Source of the DNA: Candidatus Nomurabacteria bacterium
Lineage (GTDB): Bacteria; Patescibacteriota; Minisyncoccia; Phycocordibacterales; UBA9973
NCBI GenBank assembly: GCA_023267195.1
Contig: JAHFNT010000005.1
Span: 14,875-78,874 of the forward strand
Length of the DNA stretch: 64,000 nucleotides
Direction: 5' to 3'
Part shown: positions 48,140 through 57,586 of the stretch, piece after piece
How the letters are laid out: every line of letters starts with the position of its first letter
Position numbering within the stretch: the stretch's first letter is position 1
Program-made: the position numbers and the translations under genes
Notes under the pieces: generated by a model
What the model was told of the DNA's origin: nothing
The model's database searches: none
The model's input: only the letters and a program-made list of their open reading frames with translations

Positions 48140-49819
48140 ATGGAGAAAATTTTGCGAATTTTTACAAAAGAATCTGGCAGCATAAATCAAGCAGCCCTTC
48201 TTTTGGGTTCTCTTACTTTGCTTTCTCAAATTTTAGGGCTTCTCCGTGATCGATCTATTGCGCATTTCATCGGGCCCTCATCAACTCTCGATGCTTATTA
48301 TGCCGCTTTTCGCGTACCGGATCTTATTTTTATTTGTGTGGCATCGCTGGCCTCTGTTACGGTGATAATTCCTTTTATTGTTGCTCGGATGAATGGTGGA
48401 GAAGTAACCAAGGAAGCGCAAAAATACCTAAACGACATCTTTACGGTTTTTTTTAGTTTGATAGTCCTGGTTTCTTTAGCAGCATTTTTTCTGATGCCAT
48501 ATTTTGTGCATTATGTTGCCCCAGGTTTTACCGAGTATTATCAGGTAGAAGTTATTTTACTTTCTAGGATAATGTTGTTCTCGCCAATCTTGATGGGATT
48601 GTCAAATCTTTTTGGCTCCATTACCCAGCTTTTTCGGAAATTTTTTATTTATTCTTTAAGCCCGATTTTTTATAATTTGGGAATTATTGCCGGAGTTGTA
48701 CTTTTTTATCCCAAATTTGGAATTTCAGGATTAGCTTACGGGGTGGCACTGGGAGCTCTGATGCATTTTTTGGTGCAGGCTTTTGCTTCACATGGTTCTG
48801 GCTTTACCCCCCAGTTTTCCCTAACTATTAATTTTAAAGATATAAAACAAATAGCACTCACTTCGCTCCCGAGGACCATGGGTCTCGCTTTCAATAATCT
48901 CGCCCTGATTGCGATAATTGCTCTTGCTTCCTACTTAAAGAGTGGTTCTATCTCCGTATTCAATCTTTCTTTCAACCTTCAATCAGTACCGCTTAACATC
49001 ATAGGCATCTCATATGCGGTGGCCGCTTTTCCAACTCTGGCAAAATCTTTTGTTGGTGATAAAAAGGATGAATTCAAAAAACATTTGAAAGCTACTGCGA
49101 GAGCGATAGTTTTTTGGTCTTTGCCCGTTATCTTTCTTTTTATTGTGGTGCGGGCGCAGATTGTGCGCGTAATTTTGGGCTCCGGATCTTTTTCCTGGGA
49201 AGATACTCGTTTGGTGGCTGCCTGCCTAGCCATTTTTTCTATTTCAATTTTGGCCCAGGGTATGATCGCGCTTCTTTCTCGTTCGTATTATGCGACAGGG
49301 AATACTAAGCGCCCGCTGATTGTAAACTTTTCCTGTTCTGTTTTAATTATAATTTTATCCTACGTGCTTATTTATGTTTTCCAACATATGCCAATGTTCA
49401 GATATTTCATAGAATCATTGCTCAAGGTTAGCGATATCGCGGGGACGGAGGTATTGATGTTGCCACTCGCATATTCTATTGGCACAATTTTGAATTTTAT
49501 CCTGCATTGGATATTTATCAAGAAAGATTTCCTGCCAGACGAATCTTTCATTACTAAGACTTTCTTTCAGAGTTTGGGTGCGTCGTTTTTCTTGGGAGCT
49601 GTTGCTTATGTGAGTCTCAATATTCTCTCTCCAATTTTTGGCACGACGACTTTCTGGGGAGTTTTCTTACAGGGTTTTATTTCTGGTATTCTCGGCATTA
49701 TCGCTGCCGTGATCGTCTTGTATTTATTAAAGAACGAAGAATTAAAAGATCTTACTCAAACCCTCAAAACAAAATTCTGGCAGGCAAAAATCATCGCCCC
49801 AGCCCAAGAAGAGCTTTAA
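48140..49819 (+). CDS. murJ: lipid II flippase MurJ (MviN)
   Basis: The N-terminal AALLLGSLTLLSQILGLLRDRSIAHFIGPSSTLDAYYAAFRVPDL matches the MurJ/MOP superfamily. 14 TM helices. Confidence 0.85.
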   Translation: MEKILRIFTKESGSINQAALLLGSLTLLSQILGLLRDRSIAHFIGPSSTLDAYYAAFRVPDLIFICVASLASVTVIIPFIVARMNGGEVTKEAQKYLNDIFTVFFSLIVLVSLAAFFLMPYFVHYVAPGFTEYYQVEVILLSRIMLFSPILMGLSNLFGSITQLFRKFFIYSLSPIFYNLGIIAGVVLFYPKFGISGLAYGVALGALMHFLVQAFASHGSGFTPQFSLTINFKDIKQIALTSLPRTMGLAFNNLALIAIIALASYLKSGSISVFNLSFNLQSVPLNIIGISYAVAAFPTLAKSFVGDKKDEFKKHLKATARAIVFWSLPVIFLFIVVRAQIVRVILGSGSFSWEDTRLVAACLAIFSISILAQGMIALLSRSYYATGNTKRPLIVNFSCSVLIIILSYVLIYVFQHMPMFRYFIESLLKVSDIAGTEVLMLPLAYSIGTILNFILHWIFIKKDFLPDESFITKTFFQSLGASFFLGAVAYVSLNILSPIFGTTTFWGVFLQGFISGILGIIAAVIVLYLLKNEELKDLTQTLKTKFWQAKIIAPAQEEL

Positions 49820-49891
49820 ACTTAACGTTTTTATTTCTACGTGGTATAATGACGAAACGGACGGAAATGTCCATTTTTCTGTTTTAATGAT

Positions 49892-51667
49892 ATGGAAAAA
49901 GATTATTCAAATTTACACCGAAATTTGGTGCTCAAATATTTTTGGCAAGTAATTAGAAATTATAAAGTTTCTTTTTTTACCATTATTATTAGCATAATAA
50001 TTTTTGTTGGTTTTGATATTTTTATTCCTTTACAGTTTCTTAAACTTTGGAACATATTGAGTTCTAGCAATTTTGACTCTATAAATAATGCAAGAAGCAT
50101 AGTTATCCTTATCCTTATTTTGGGGCTCATTCGCATGTTGTTTAGACGACTTATGGATTTTTCAAGTTCTTACCTAAAAGCAAATGTTATGGCAGGACTT
50201 CGCGAACAGGCATTTTCTTATATGATTGGACATTCACACTCTTTTTTTGCAAATAAATTTGCAGGATCTTTAACCCAAAAGATAGGTAAATATGCTAGAT
50301 CTTTTGACAGATTGATGGATGGGTTAATTAGAGATGGGATTCCATTAATTATTAGGTCTGCCGGTACTATTATTGCTATTTATTTTATCGCCCCCAAATA
50401 CGCTTATATATTAGCTGTGTTTTGTTTTATATTTTTGGTGACAGCTTTAATTTACACTAGACTTAAATTAAAATATGATGTAATTGCTGCTTTAGCAGAT
50501 ACAAAAACTACTGGAGTACTAGCTGACTCAATAAGTAACCATTCTTCCATTCAACTATTCACAGGCCATGAATACGAAAGAGAACGTGTTGGTAGAGTTA
50601 TTCAAGAACAAAAAAAGGTGACCCTTTTTAATTGGAACTTATGGAATGGATTAGGTGCCATACAGGTCTCTTATGTATTAACTATAGAATTTATTATTTT
50701 TTGGACCGCTATTGGTGACTGGAGAGTTGGGCTAATAGGGTTGCCAGTAATAGTACTTATCCAGAGTTATTTTGGTCGTTTAATGGACGGTCTTTGGGAT
50801 TTTGCAGGCATTATACGCATTTTTTATGATGGTTTTGCCGATGCGCAAGAAATGGCGCTTATTTTAAACACACCCTATGAAATTCTTGATAAAACAGCAG
50901 AAGTTGTCAGGAACCCAGGAGGGGGAATTGTTTTTGATAATGTAACTTATGTTTATGAAAATAATACCTCAAAAGTGTTAGATAATTTTTCTCTAATCAT
51001 TCCCGTGGGACAAAAAATTGCAATTGTTGGTTCCTCAGGAGCAGGAAAAACAACATTTGTTCGTCTTTTAATGAGATTGTTTGATCTTACTTCTGGAAAA
51101 ATTATGATTGATGGGATTGATATAAGTAAAATTTCTCAACAAAATCTTCGAGAGCAGATTGCTTTTGTGCCACAAGACCCGGTCTTGTTTCACCGTACTC
51201 TTATGGAGAATATTCGTTATGGTAGGCGTGATGCGACAGATGAAGAAGTTTTAGATGCTGCACGCCTTTCACACTGTAATGATTTTATTGCAACCTTACC
51301 AGAAGGATATGAAACGAAGGTGGGTGAAAGAGGAATTAAACTTTCAGGGGGAGAACGTCAGCGTGTAGCTATTGCCCGGGCAATTTTAAAAAATGCACCA
51401 ATTTTAATTTTAGACGAGGCGACTTCTTCGCTGGACTCTCATTCTGAATATTTAATTCAAGATGCATTACGCACGCTCATGAGGGGCAAAACAACAATTG
51501 TTATTGCACACAGGCTTTCAACTATACGTGAGATGGATAGAATTGTTGTAATAGAAAAAGGAAAAATTATTGAGGATGGGGGGCACAATGAACTCTTGAA
51601 TCAAGAGGGTGGATTATATAAAAAATTGTGGGACCTGCAAGCGGGAGGATTTAAAAATATAATATAG
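49892..51667 (+). CDS. ABC exporter, fused permease/ATPase (MsbA-like)
   Basis: 6-TM domain plus an NBD with GSSGAGKTT, LSGGERQRVAIARA and ILILDEATSSLD. Confidence 0.9.
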   Translation: MEKDYSNLHRNLVLKYFWQVIRNYKVSFFTIIISIIIFVGFDIFIPLQFLKLWNILSSSNFDSINNARSIVILILILGLIRMLFRRLMDFSSSYLKANVMAGLREQAFSYMIGHSHSFFANKFAGSLTQKIGKYARSFDRLMDGLIRDGIPLIIRSAGTIIAIYFIAPKYAYILAVFCFIFLVTALIYTRLKLKYDVIAALADTKTTGVLADSISNHSSIQLFTGHEYERERVGRVIQEQKKVTLFNWNLWNGLGAIQVSYVLTIEFIIFWTAIGDWRVGLIGLPVIVLIQSYFGRLMDGLWDFAGIIRIFYDGFADAQEMALILNTPYEILDKTAEVVRNPGGGIVFDNVTYVYENNTSKVLDNFSLIIPVGQKIAIVGSSGAGKTTFVRLLMRLFDLTSGKIMIDGIDISKISQQNLREQIAFVPQDPVLFHRTLMENIRYGRRDATDEEVLDAARLSHCNDFIATLPEGYETKVGERGIKLSGGERQRVAIARAILKNAPILILDEATSSLDSHSEYLIQDALRTLMRGKTTIVIAHRLSTIREMDRIVVIEKGKIIEDGGHNELLNQEGGLYKKLWDLQAGGFKNII

Positions 51668-51670
51668 TTT

Positions 51671-53497
51671 ATGGATCTCAAACACATCAGAAATTTTTCA
51701 ATCATCGCGCACATTGATCACGGCAAGAGCACCTTGGCAGATAGAATGCTTGAGATCACGCATACAATCGAAACTCGCAAAATGCGAGATCAGGTACTGG
51801 ATTCAATGGATTTGGAACGAGAGCGGGGGATTACCATCAAAATGCAACCTGTGCGAATGGAGTATGAATTTAAAGGGGAAAAATATATTTTAAACCTGAT
51901 CGATACCCCTGGGCACATAGATTTTTCCTATGAGGTTTCTCGCGCTTTAAAGGCCGTAGAAGGCTCTATTTTGCTCATAGATTCTACCCAGGGGGTACAA
52001 GCTCAGACTCTTACCACGCTTAATATGGCACGTCAGGGAGGCCTTAAAATCATCCCTGTGCTGTCTAAAATTGACTCCCTGTTGTCTAGGGTACCCGAAG
52101 TAAGAGAAGAGGTTATAAAGCTTTTAAATTGCGACCCGGAAGAAATCTTATTAGTCTCTGGTCGTACAGGTGAGGGAGTAGAAAATTTATTGCAAGAGGT
52201 TATAAAACGAGTACCAGAGCCCGTAGAAACAAATCATGGGGAAAATATATTGCGCGCGCTTGTTTTCGATTTTAAATATTCCAACCATAAAGGGGTGATA
52301 GTTTTTGTGCGGGTGCTTGATGGCAAAGTTCAAAAAGGGGATACCCTGCTTTTCGCTGTTTCGGAAGAAAAATTTATTGCGCTCGAAGTTGGTATTTTTT
52401 CACCCGAGGAAACCCCGCGCGATTCTCTTTCAGGTGGAGAGACAGGTTATATCGTTACCGGAATTAAAAAGCCTGGCATAGCTTCTGTTGGAGATACAAT
52501 TACCATGTTTAAAAACCCCTTACCAGCCTTTCCCGGTTATAGGCAACCGATGCCTGTTGTTTGGGCTTCAGTTTTTCCGGAAGATGCGGACGATTTTGCT
52601 GAATTAAAACTTGCCTTGGGTAAATTAAAACTTTCTGACTCAGCTTTCTCTTACGAAGAAGAGGCTTCAGGTTCCCTGGGGAAAGGATTCAGATGTGGAT
52701 TTTTGGGAATGCTTCATCTGGAAATTATCACCGAGCGTTTAAAACGCGAATTCAATCTGGAGTTGGTTATCACCACCCCTTCTATCACCTATGAAGTTTT
52801 ACTGAAAAATGGCCCCTCGGTTCCGCTCGGGACAGGCAAGCGCGAAAAAATTTATTCCCCATACTTTTTTCCCGACGACGGTCTTGTGGAAAAAGTTTTT
52901 GAGCCTTGGGTAAATTTAAAAATAATTACCCCAGTAGAATACATTGGTAGCATCATGCAGCTTTTGTTTGACCACGAAGGGGAAATAGGCGAAACGGATA
53001 ATTTTGGGGACAATAGGTCATCCATCTCAGTGCAGATTCCTTTGCGTGAACTGATGCGCAACTTTTTCGATGAATTAAAAAGTGCCACTTCGGGCTATGG
53101 TTCCATTTCCTATGAAATGGGCGAGATGCGCGAGGCAAATGTAACCAGGCTTGATTTATTGGTGGCGGATGAAGTGATACCGGCTTTCTCTAGGGTTGTA
53201 TCAAGAAAAAGAGCCGAAGAAGAAGCAGAAGAAGCAGTTGAAAAACTGGCAAATCTTTTGCCCAGGCAGATGTTTACTCTGAAAATTCAGGGTCGGGCGC
53301 TTGGGCGAATTATTTCTTCACGCACTCTCTCAGGGATGAAAAAAGATGTCACTCAACACATGTATGGGGGCGATATTACTCGCAAAATGAAACTTCGTGA
53401 GAAGCAAAAGAAAGGCAAGAAGAAAATGAAAGAAAGAGGGAAAGTAAATATTCCACAAGATGTGTTTTTAAAGATGATGCGCGCCGGTGAAAAATAG
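51671..53497 (+). CDS. lepA: elongation factor 4
   Basis: IRNFSIIAHIDHGKSTLADR G-domain. LepA-specific C-terminal domain. 608 aa. Confidence 0.92.
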   Translation: MDLKHIRNFSIIAHIDHGKSTLADRMLEITHTIETRKMRDQVLDSMDLERERGITIKMQPVRMEYEFKGEKYILNLIDTPGHIDFSYEVSRALKAVEGSILLIDSTQGVQAQTLTTLNMARQGGLKIIPVLSKIDSLLSRVPEVREEVIKLLNCDPEEILLVSGRTGEGVENLLQEVIKRVPEPVETNHGENILRALVFDFKYSNHKGVIVFVRVLDGKVQKGDTLLFAVSEEKFIALEVGIFSPEETPRDSLSGGETGYIVTGIKKPGIASVGDTITMFKNPLPAFPGYRQPMPVVWASVFPEDADDFAELKLALGKLKLSDSAFSYEEEASGSLGKGFRCGFLGMLHLEIITERLKREFNLELVITTPSITYEVLLKNGPSVPLGTGKREKIYSPYFFPDDGLVEKVFEPWVNLKIITPVEYIGSIMQLLFDHEGEIGETDNFGDNRSSISVQIPLRELMRNFFDELKSATSGYGSISYEMGEMREANVTRLDLLVADEVIPAFSRVVSRKRAEEEAEEAVEKLANLLPRQMFTLKIQGRALGRIISSRTLSGMKKDVTQHMYGGDITRKMKLREKQKKGKKKMKERGKVNIPQDVFLKMMRAGEK

Positions 53498-53649
53498 GTT
53501 GAAATATTTTATCTAAATATTGGGCTATAAAGCAGAATCATACTGATGATTATCAGTATGCTTACTACCGCCCAAGCAAACTGTATTCTCTTTTGATGTT
53601 TTTTATTGAAAAGCATATACTAGAGCGTAGTATAGCATATTTTTATTTT

Positions 53650-54024
53650 ATGAGAAATTTTAATCACAATGGACGATTAGAACGTGCAATACGGTCAAAA
53701 CCAGTTTTAATACTTCTCGGTATTTTGATATTGATTTTTTCGTGGAGTACTTTACGTTTTTGGAACAAAATGAGAGAAACAGCCCAAAATAAAGAGTTAG
53801 TTGAAAGTAAAGTAGCGGAATTAGAAAAACAAAAAGAAAAACTCACAAATGACATCAATAGTTTAAAAACATCAGACGGTAAGGAAAAAGTTTTTCGAGA
53901 TAGTTTTGGATTGGCGAAAGACGGAGAAGAGGTTATCGTGATCGTGGATGATAAGAATGCACAAAAGGCGTCTGAAGAAGATTCCAAAGGATTTTTCTCT
54001 TTTTTAAAGAATTGGTTTAAATGA
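53650..54024 (+). CDS. septum formation initiator family protein (FtsB/DivIC-like)
   Basis: Single N-terminal TM followed by a coiled coil (ELVESKVAELEKQKEKLTNDINSLK) and a short beta-rich C-terminus. The ATG at 53650 is preferred. Confidence 0.6.
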   Translation: MRNFNHNGRLERAIRSKPVLILLGILILIFSWSTLRFWNKMRETAQNKELVESKVAELEKQKEKLTNDINSLKTSDGKEKVFRDSFGLAKDGEEVIVIVDDKNAQKASEEDSKGFFSFLKNWFK

Positions 54025-54045
54025 ATAATATGCTACAATTAGGGT

Positions 54046-55062
54046 ATGAAAATTGCATTTTTTGAAGTTTCAGTGCCTAAAGTAGACGAGCCCTTGGTTT
54101 TACAGGCGCTCGCTGGCAACCAAGTTTATTTTTATGAAGAGAAATTAAATGAAAGTACTCTGGAGAAAGCAAAAGAGGCTGATATTATTTCAGTCTTTAT
54201 AAATTCAACAATTGATAACAAGGTAATTGATGCCTTGCCTAATTTGAAATTCATAGCTGCTCGCTCTACTGGGTTTGACCACATTGATTGCGAGTATGCT
54301 AAAGCTAAAGGGATAAAAGTTTCTAACGTTTCTGCTTATGGCTCTCATACAGTGGCGGAGTTTGCATTGGGATTAATTTTAACTTTTGCCAGAAATATAA
54401 AGTTAAATGCTGATAATTATATTAAAGAATCTGCCAACTTTGATTACTCTAAAGCGATGGCAGGATTTGATTTATGTGGCAAGACTTTGGGAGTTATCGG
54501 TACTGGCAAGATTGGCAAGAATTTAATTAAAATAGCCAAGGGGCTTGAGATGAAAATTGTGGCACATGATTTATTCCCAGATTTAGATTTTGCCAGAGAA
54601 AATAACTTTGAGTACAAAAGCCTGAAGGAAGTTATTTCTGTTTCCGATATTGTTTCTTTGCATACTCCATACAGCAAGGAAAATCATCACCTAATAAACC
54701 AAGAAATTATTTCTAAAATGAAAAAAGGCGTTTACCTTATAAACACAGCGCGAGGGGAGCTTGTAGACACTACGGCTCTAGTCTCTGGGTTGAGAAATGG
54801 TACTATTGCTGGTTTTGGTGCTGATGTGATTGAAGCGGAAAAACAATTTAAAAATGAAGCTCAATTATCTTCTGCTCAAAAATTAACAGAAGAAGAAAAG
54901 GTAATAATTAATTTAAATCACGAACTTATGAAAATGCCTAACGTAGTAATTACTCCACATATAGCCTTTTTTACCCATGAAGCAGTGGCAGTAATTTTAC
55001 AAACAACAATTGATAACATCAGGGCCTTTATTTCCAGCAATCCTATTAATTTAGTAAATTAG
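54046..55062 (+). CDS. D-isomer-specific 2-hydroxyacid dehydrogenase (hydroxypyruvate/glycerate dehydrogenase-like)
   Basis: GVIGTGKIGKNLIKIAKGLEMKIVAHD NAD-binding motif and the catalytic R/E/H triad region. Confidence 0.8.
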   Translation: MKIAFFEVSVPKVDEPLVLQALAGNQVYFYEEKLNESTLEKAKEADIISVFINSTIDNKVIDALPNLKFIAARSTGFDHIDCEYAKAKGIKVSNVSAYGSHTVAEFALGLILTFARNIKLNADNYIKESANFDYSKAMAGFDLCGKTLGVIGTGKIGKNLIKIAKGLEMKIVAHDLFPDLDFARENNFEYKSLKEVISVSDIVSLHTPYSKENHHLINQEIISKMKKGVYLINTARGELVDTTALVSGLRNGTIAGFGADVIEAEKQFKNEAQLSSAQKLTEEEKVIINLNHELMKMPNVVITPHIAFFTHEAVAVILQTTIDNIRAFISSNPINLVN

Positions 55063-55068
55063 AAAGAT

Positions 55069-56358
55069 ATGCAAAAAAGCTTGATTCAGAATTTTGATGA
55101 GTTGGCTGTGACTTCGAATCGCAAGATGGCTCTAGAAATAATGGAGTCTGGGTTAAAAGCTATCAATACCAAAGAAGTTATTTTTAATTCTGTTAAGTTG
55201 ACGGGGAATGTTTTAAATATTGAGGGGCAAAGTTTTGATTTGTCTAAATTTAAAAAGATCAAGATTGTTGGTTTTGGAAAATCTTCCCCAGAAGCCGCGC
55301 TGGCCCTAGAGAATATTTTAGGTGGAAAGATTGACGCTGGGGTAGTAATTGGACTTTCCAAAATAAATTTAAAATATATTGAAACCTTTGTTGGTAGCCA
55401 CCCTCGGCCCAGTGAAGTTAATTTCGAAGCTGGGGAGAAAATATATAAAATCGCCGAGAATGCCACCGAGGATGATTTGGTCATTGTAATTGTTTCCGGA
55501 GGAGGTTCGGCGCTCTTGTGCCATGGTAAAGAGGAGTGCGAAAGCGGAATCAAACTTTATGATTCTTTTTTAAAATCCGGAAAAACAATTGCCGAAATAA
55601 ATACTGTCAGAAAACACCTGTCGTTTTTGAAAGGCGGAGGCTTGGCTAAAATCGCTTACCCGGCCACGATTGTAGCGCTTATTTTTTCAGACATACCCGG
55701 AGATAATTTTGAAAATGTTGCTTCCGGACCGACCTATAAAGATATGACTACGGTGGATGATGCAAATAAAATTATTAGAGAAAATAACCTAGGAGAATTC
55801 AACTTAATTGAAACTCCAAAGGAGGATAAATATTTTGAAAAAGTTCACAATTTTGTTTTAGTTTCCAATCAGACCGCGGTAGAAGCGATGGCGCAAAAAG
55901 CGCAAGAATTTAATTTAGAGACAGACATTATTTCCACCCGATTGTTCGATGAAGCAAGCAGTGTTTTAAAGAAAATATTTTCTTCCAAGCTTTATTTCCA
56001 CAAAGAAAATTCTGTTGTCTTGGCTGCCGGTGAGCCTAGTATTGTGATTTCTCCAAATAGAGGCAAGGGTGGGAGGAATATGCATATGGGGTTATTGGCC
56101 ATAAAGAATAAAACCATTGATGAAAATACTGTTTTTATTTCTTTTGCCTCTGATGGCATGGACAACAGCGATGCGGCTGGAGTTGTCGTGGATAAAATTA
56201 ACATAAAAAATGCAGAAAAACTAAGATTGGATGTAGATGACTATCTGGAGCGTTTTGATTCCTATTCTTTTTTTTCTAAAGCAGGTGGTATAATCAAGAC
56301 TGGCCCTACGGGTGCCAATGTTTCTGATTTAATGATTTTGTTAAAGAAAAAATTATGA
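55069..56358 (+). CDS. glycerate 2-kinase (MOFRL family)
   Basis: DUF4147 N-terminal and MOFRL C-terminal domains (VIVSGGGSALL, GEPSIVISPNRGKGGRN). Confidence 0.75.
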   Translation: MQKSLIQNFDELAVTSNRKMALEIMESGLKAINTKEVIFNSVKLTGNVLNIEGQSFDLSKFKKIKIVGFGKSSPEAALALENILGGKIDAGVVIGLSKINLKYIETFVGSHPRPSEVNFEAGEKIYKIAENATEDDLVIVIVSGGGSALLCHGKEECESGIKLYDSFLKSGKTIAEINTVRKHLSFLKGGGLAKIAYPATIVALIFSDIPGDNFENVASGPTYKDMTTVDDANKIIRENNLGEFNLIETPKEDKYFEKVHNFVLVSNQTAVEAMAQKAQEFNLETDIISTRLFDEASSVLKKIFSSKLYFHKENSVVLAAGEPSIVISPNRGKGGRNMHMGLLAIKNKTIDENTVFISFASDGMDNSDAAGVVVDKINIKNAEKLRLDVDDYLERFDSYSFFSKAGGIIKTGPTGANVSDLMILLKKKL

Positions 56359-57578
56359 ACAAGATTACTAAAATCATCGCGGAAGAAATAAAAGATTCAA
56401 GGGGTAATCCGACAATCAAGACCACAGTTTTTTGTGGGGAAAAATTCGCCAGTTTTTCTGTGCCTTCAGGGGCATCTACCGGCGCGCATGAAGCTCATGA
56501 ATTGCGCGATGAAGACGGAAAGGGTGTGAAAATTGCAATAGATAAAGTCAACAATGCCATTGCCCCCTTGCTTCTTGGTCAGGACGTTTTTAATCAAATG
56601 GAAATAGACAGAATGATGATTGAGCTTGATGGAACCTACAATAAAGACAATCTCGGCGCTAATTCTATGGTGGGTGTGAGTATCGCCTGCGCTAAAGTCG
56701 CTGCCATCCTTTCCGGAAAAGAAATTTTTGAATATTTACAGACCCTTGCCCAAATAAAACATTCCCGGAAGGTTCCTTATTTATATATGAATTTAATAAA
56801 TGGAGGCAAACATGCCCACAATAATCTTGTATTTCAAGAATATATGATTGTACCAGACACCGATAATGCAAAGGAGGCAGTAGAAATTGGCATAAAAATT
56901 CAAAATAGTTTAAGGGAAATAATAATCAATGAACTAGGAAGAGAGTCTATTATACTTGGCGACGAAGGGGGTTTTGCGCCAAAAATAAGTGACATAAAAC
57001 AACCTCTCTTTTATCTGAATAAGGCCATAAAAGAAAATCATTTAGAAGGCAGAGTTCGGTTTGCCATGGATGTTGCTTCTTCCTCTTTCTATGGAGGTGA
57101 AACTTATATAATAAATGGTAAAGATACTAAAAAAGAAGAATTGCTGGATTTTTATAATTCATTGGTCAAAGAGTTTGGTCTGTTTTCCATAGAGGATCCG
57201 TTTGATGAAGAGGATTTTGACAGTTTTAAAAAATTAAAAAATGATAACAAAAATCTCTTGGTTGTGGGGGATGACTTAACTGTAACCAATATTTCGCTTC
57301 TGGAAAAGGCAATCAAAAAAGACAGCATCAATGCGATAATCATCAAGCCAAATCAGATAGGTACGCTTTCTGAAACACTCAAAGCTATGCAGTTGGCTCG
57401 AGAGAATGGCGTAGAAATTATTGTCAGTCACAGGAGCGGGGAGACAGATGATGATTTTATTGCAGATCTTGCCTTTGCGTTTAAATGTTTTGGTTTGAAG
57501 GCTGGCGCTCCAGCTAAACCGGAAAGAATGATAAAATATCAAAGGTTGATGCAGATTGCTAGCCGCTCCAGCGCCTAG
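56355..57578 (+). CDS. eno: enolase
   Basis: RGNPTIKTTV...SVPSGASTGAHEAHELRD plus the conserved Mg/2-PG ligands. Confidence 0.92.
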   Translation: MNKITKIIAEEIKDSRGNPTIKTTVFCGEKFASFSVPSGASTGAHEAHELRDEDGKGVKIAIDKVNNAIAPLLLGQDVFNQMEIDRMMIELDGTYNKDNLGANSMVGVSIACAKVAAILSGKEIFEYLQTLAQIKHSRKVPYLYMNLINGGKHAHNNLVFQEYMIVPDTDNAKEAVEIGIKIQNSLREIIINELGRESIILGDEGGFAPKISDIKQPLFYLNKAIKENHLEGRVRFAMDVASSSFYGGETYIINGKDTKKEELLDFYNSLVKEFGLFSIEDPFDEEDFDSFKKLKNDNKNLLVVGDDLTVTNISLLEKAIKKDSINAIIIKPNQIGTLSETLKAMQLARENGVEIIVSHRSGETDDDFIADLAFAFKCFGLKAGAPAKPERMIKYQRLMQIASRSSA

Positions 57579-57586
57579 ACAAATTT

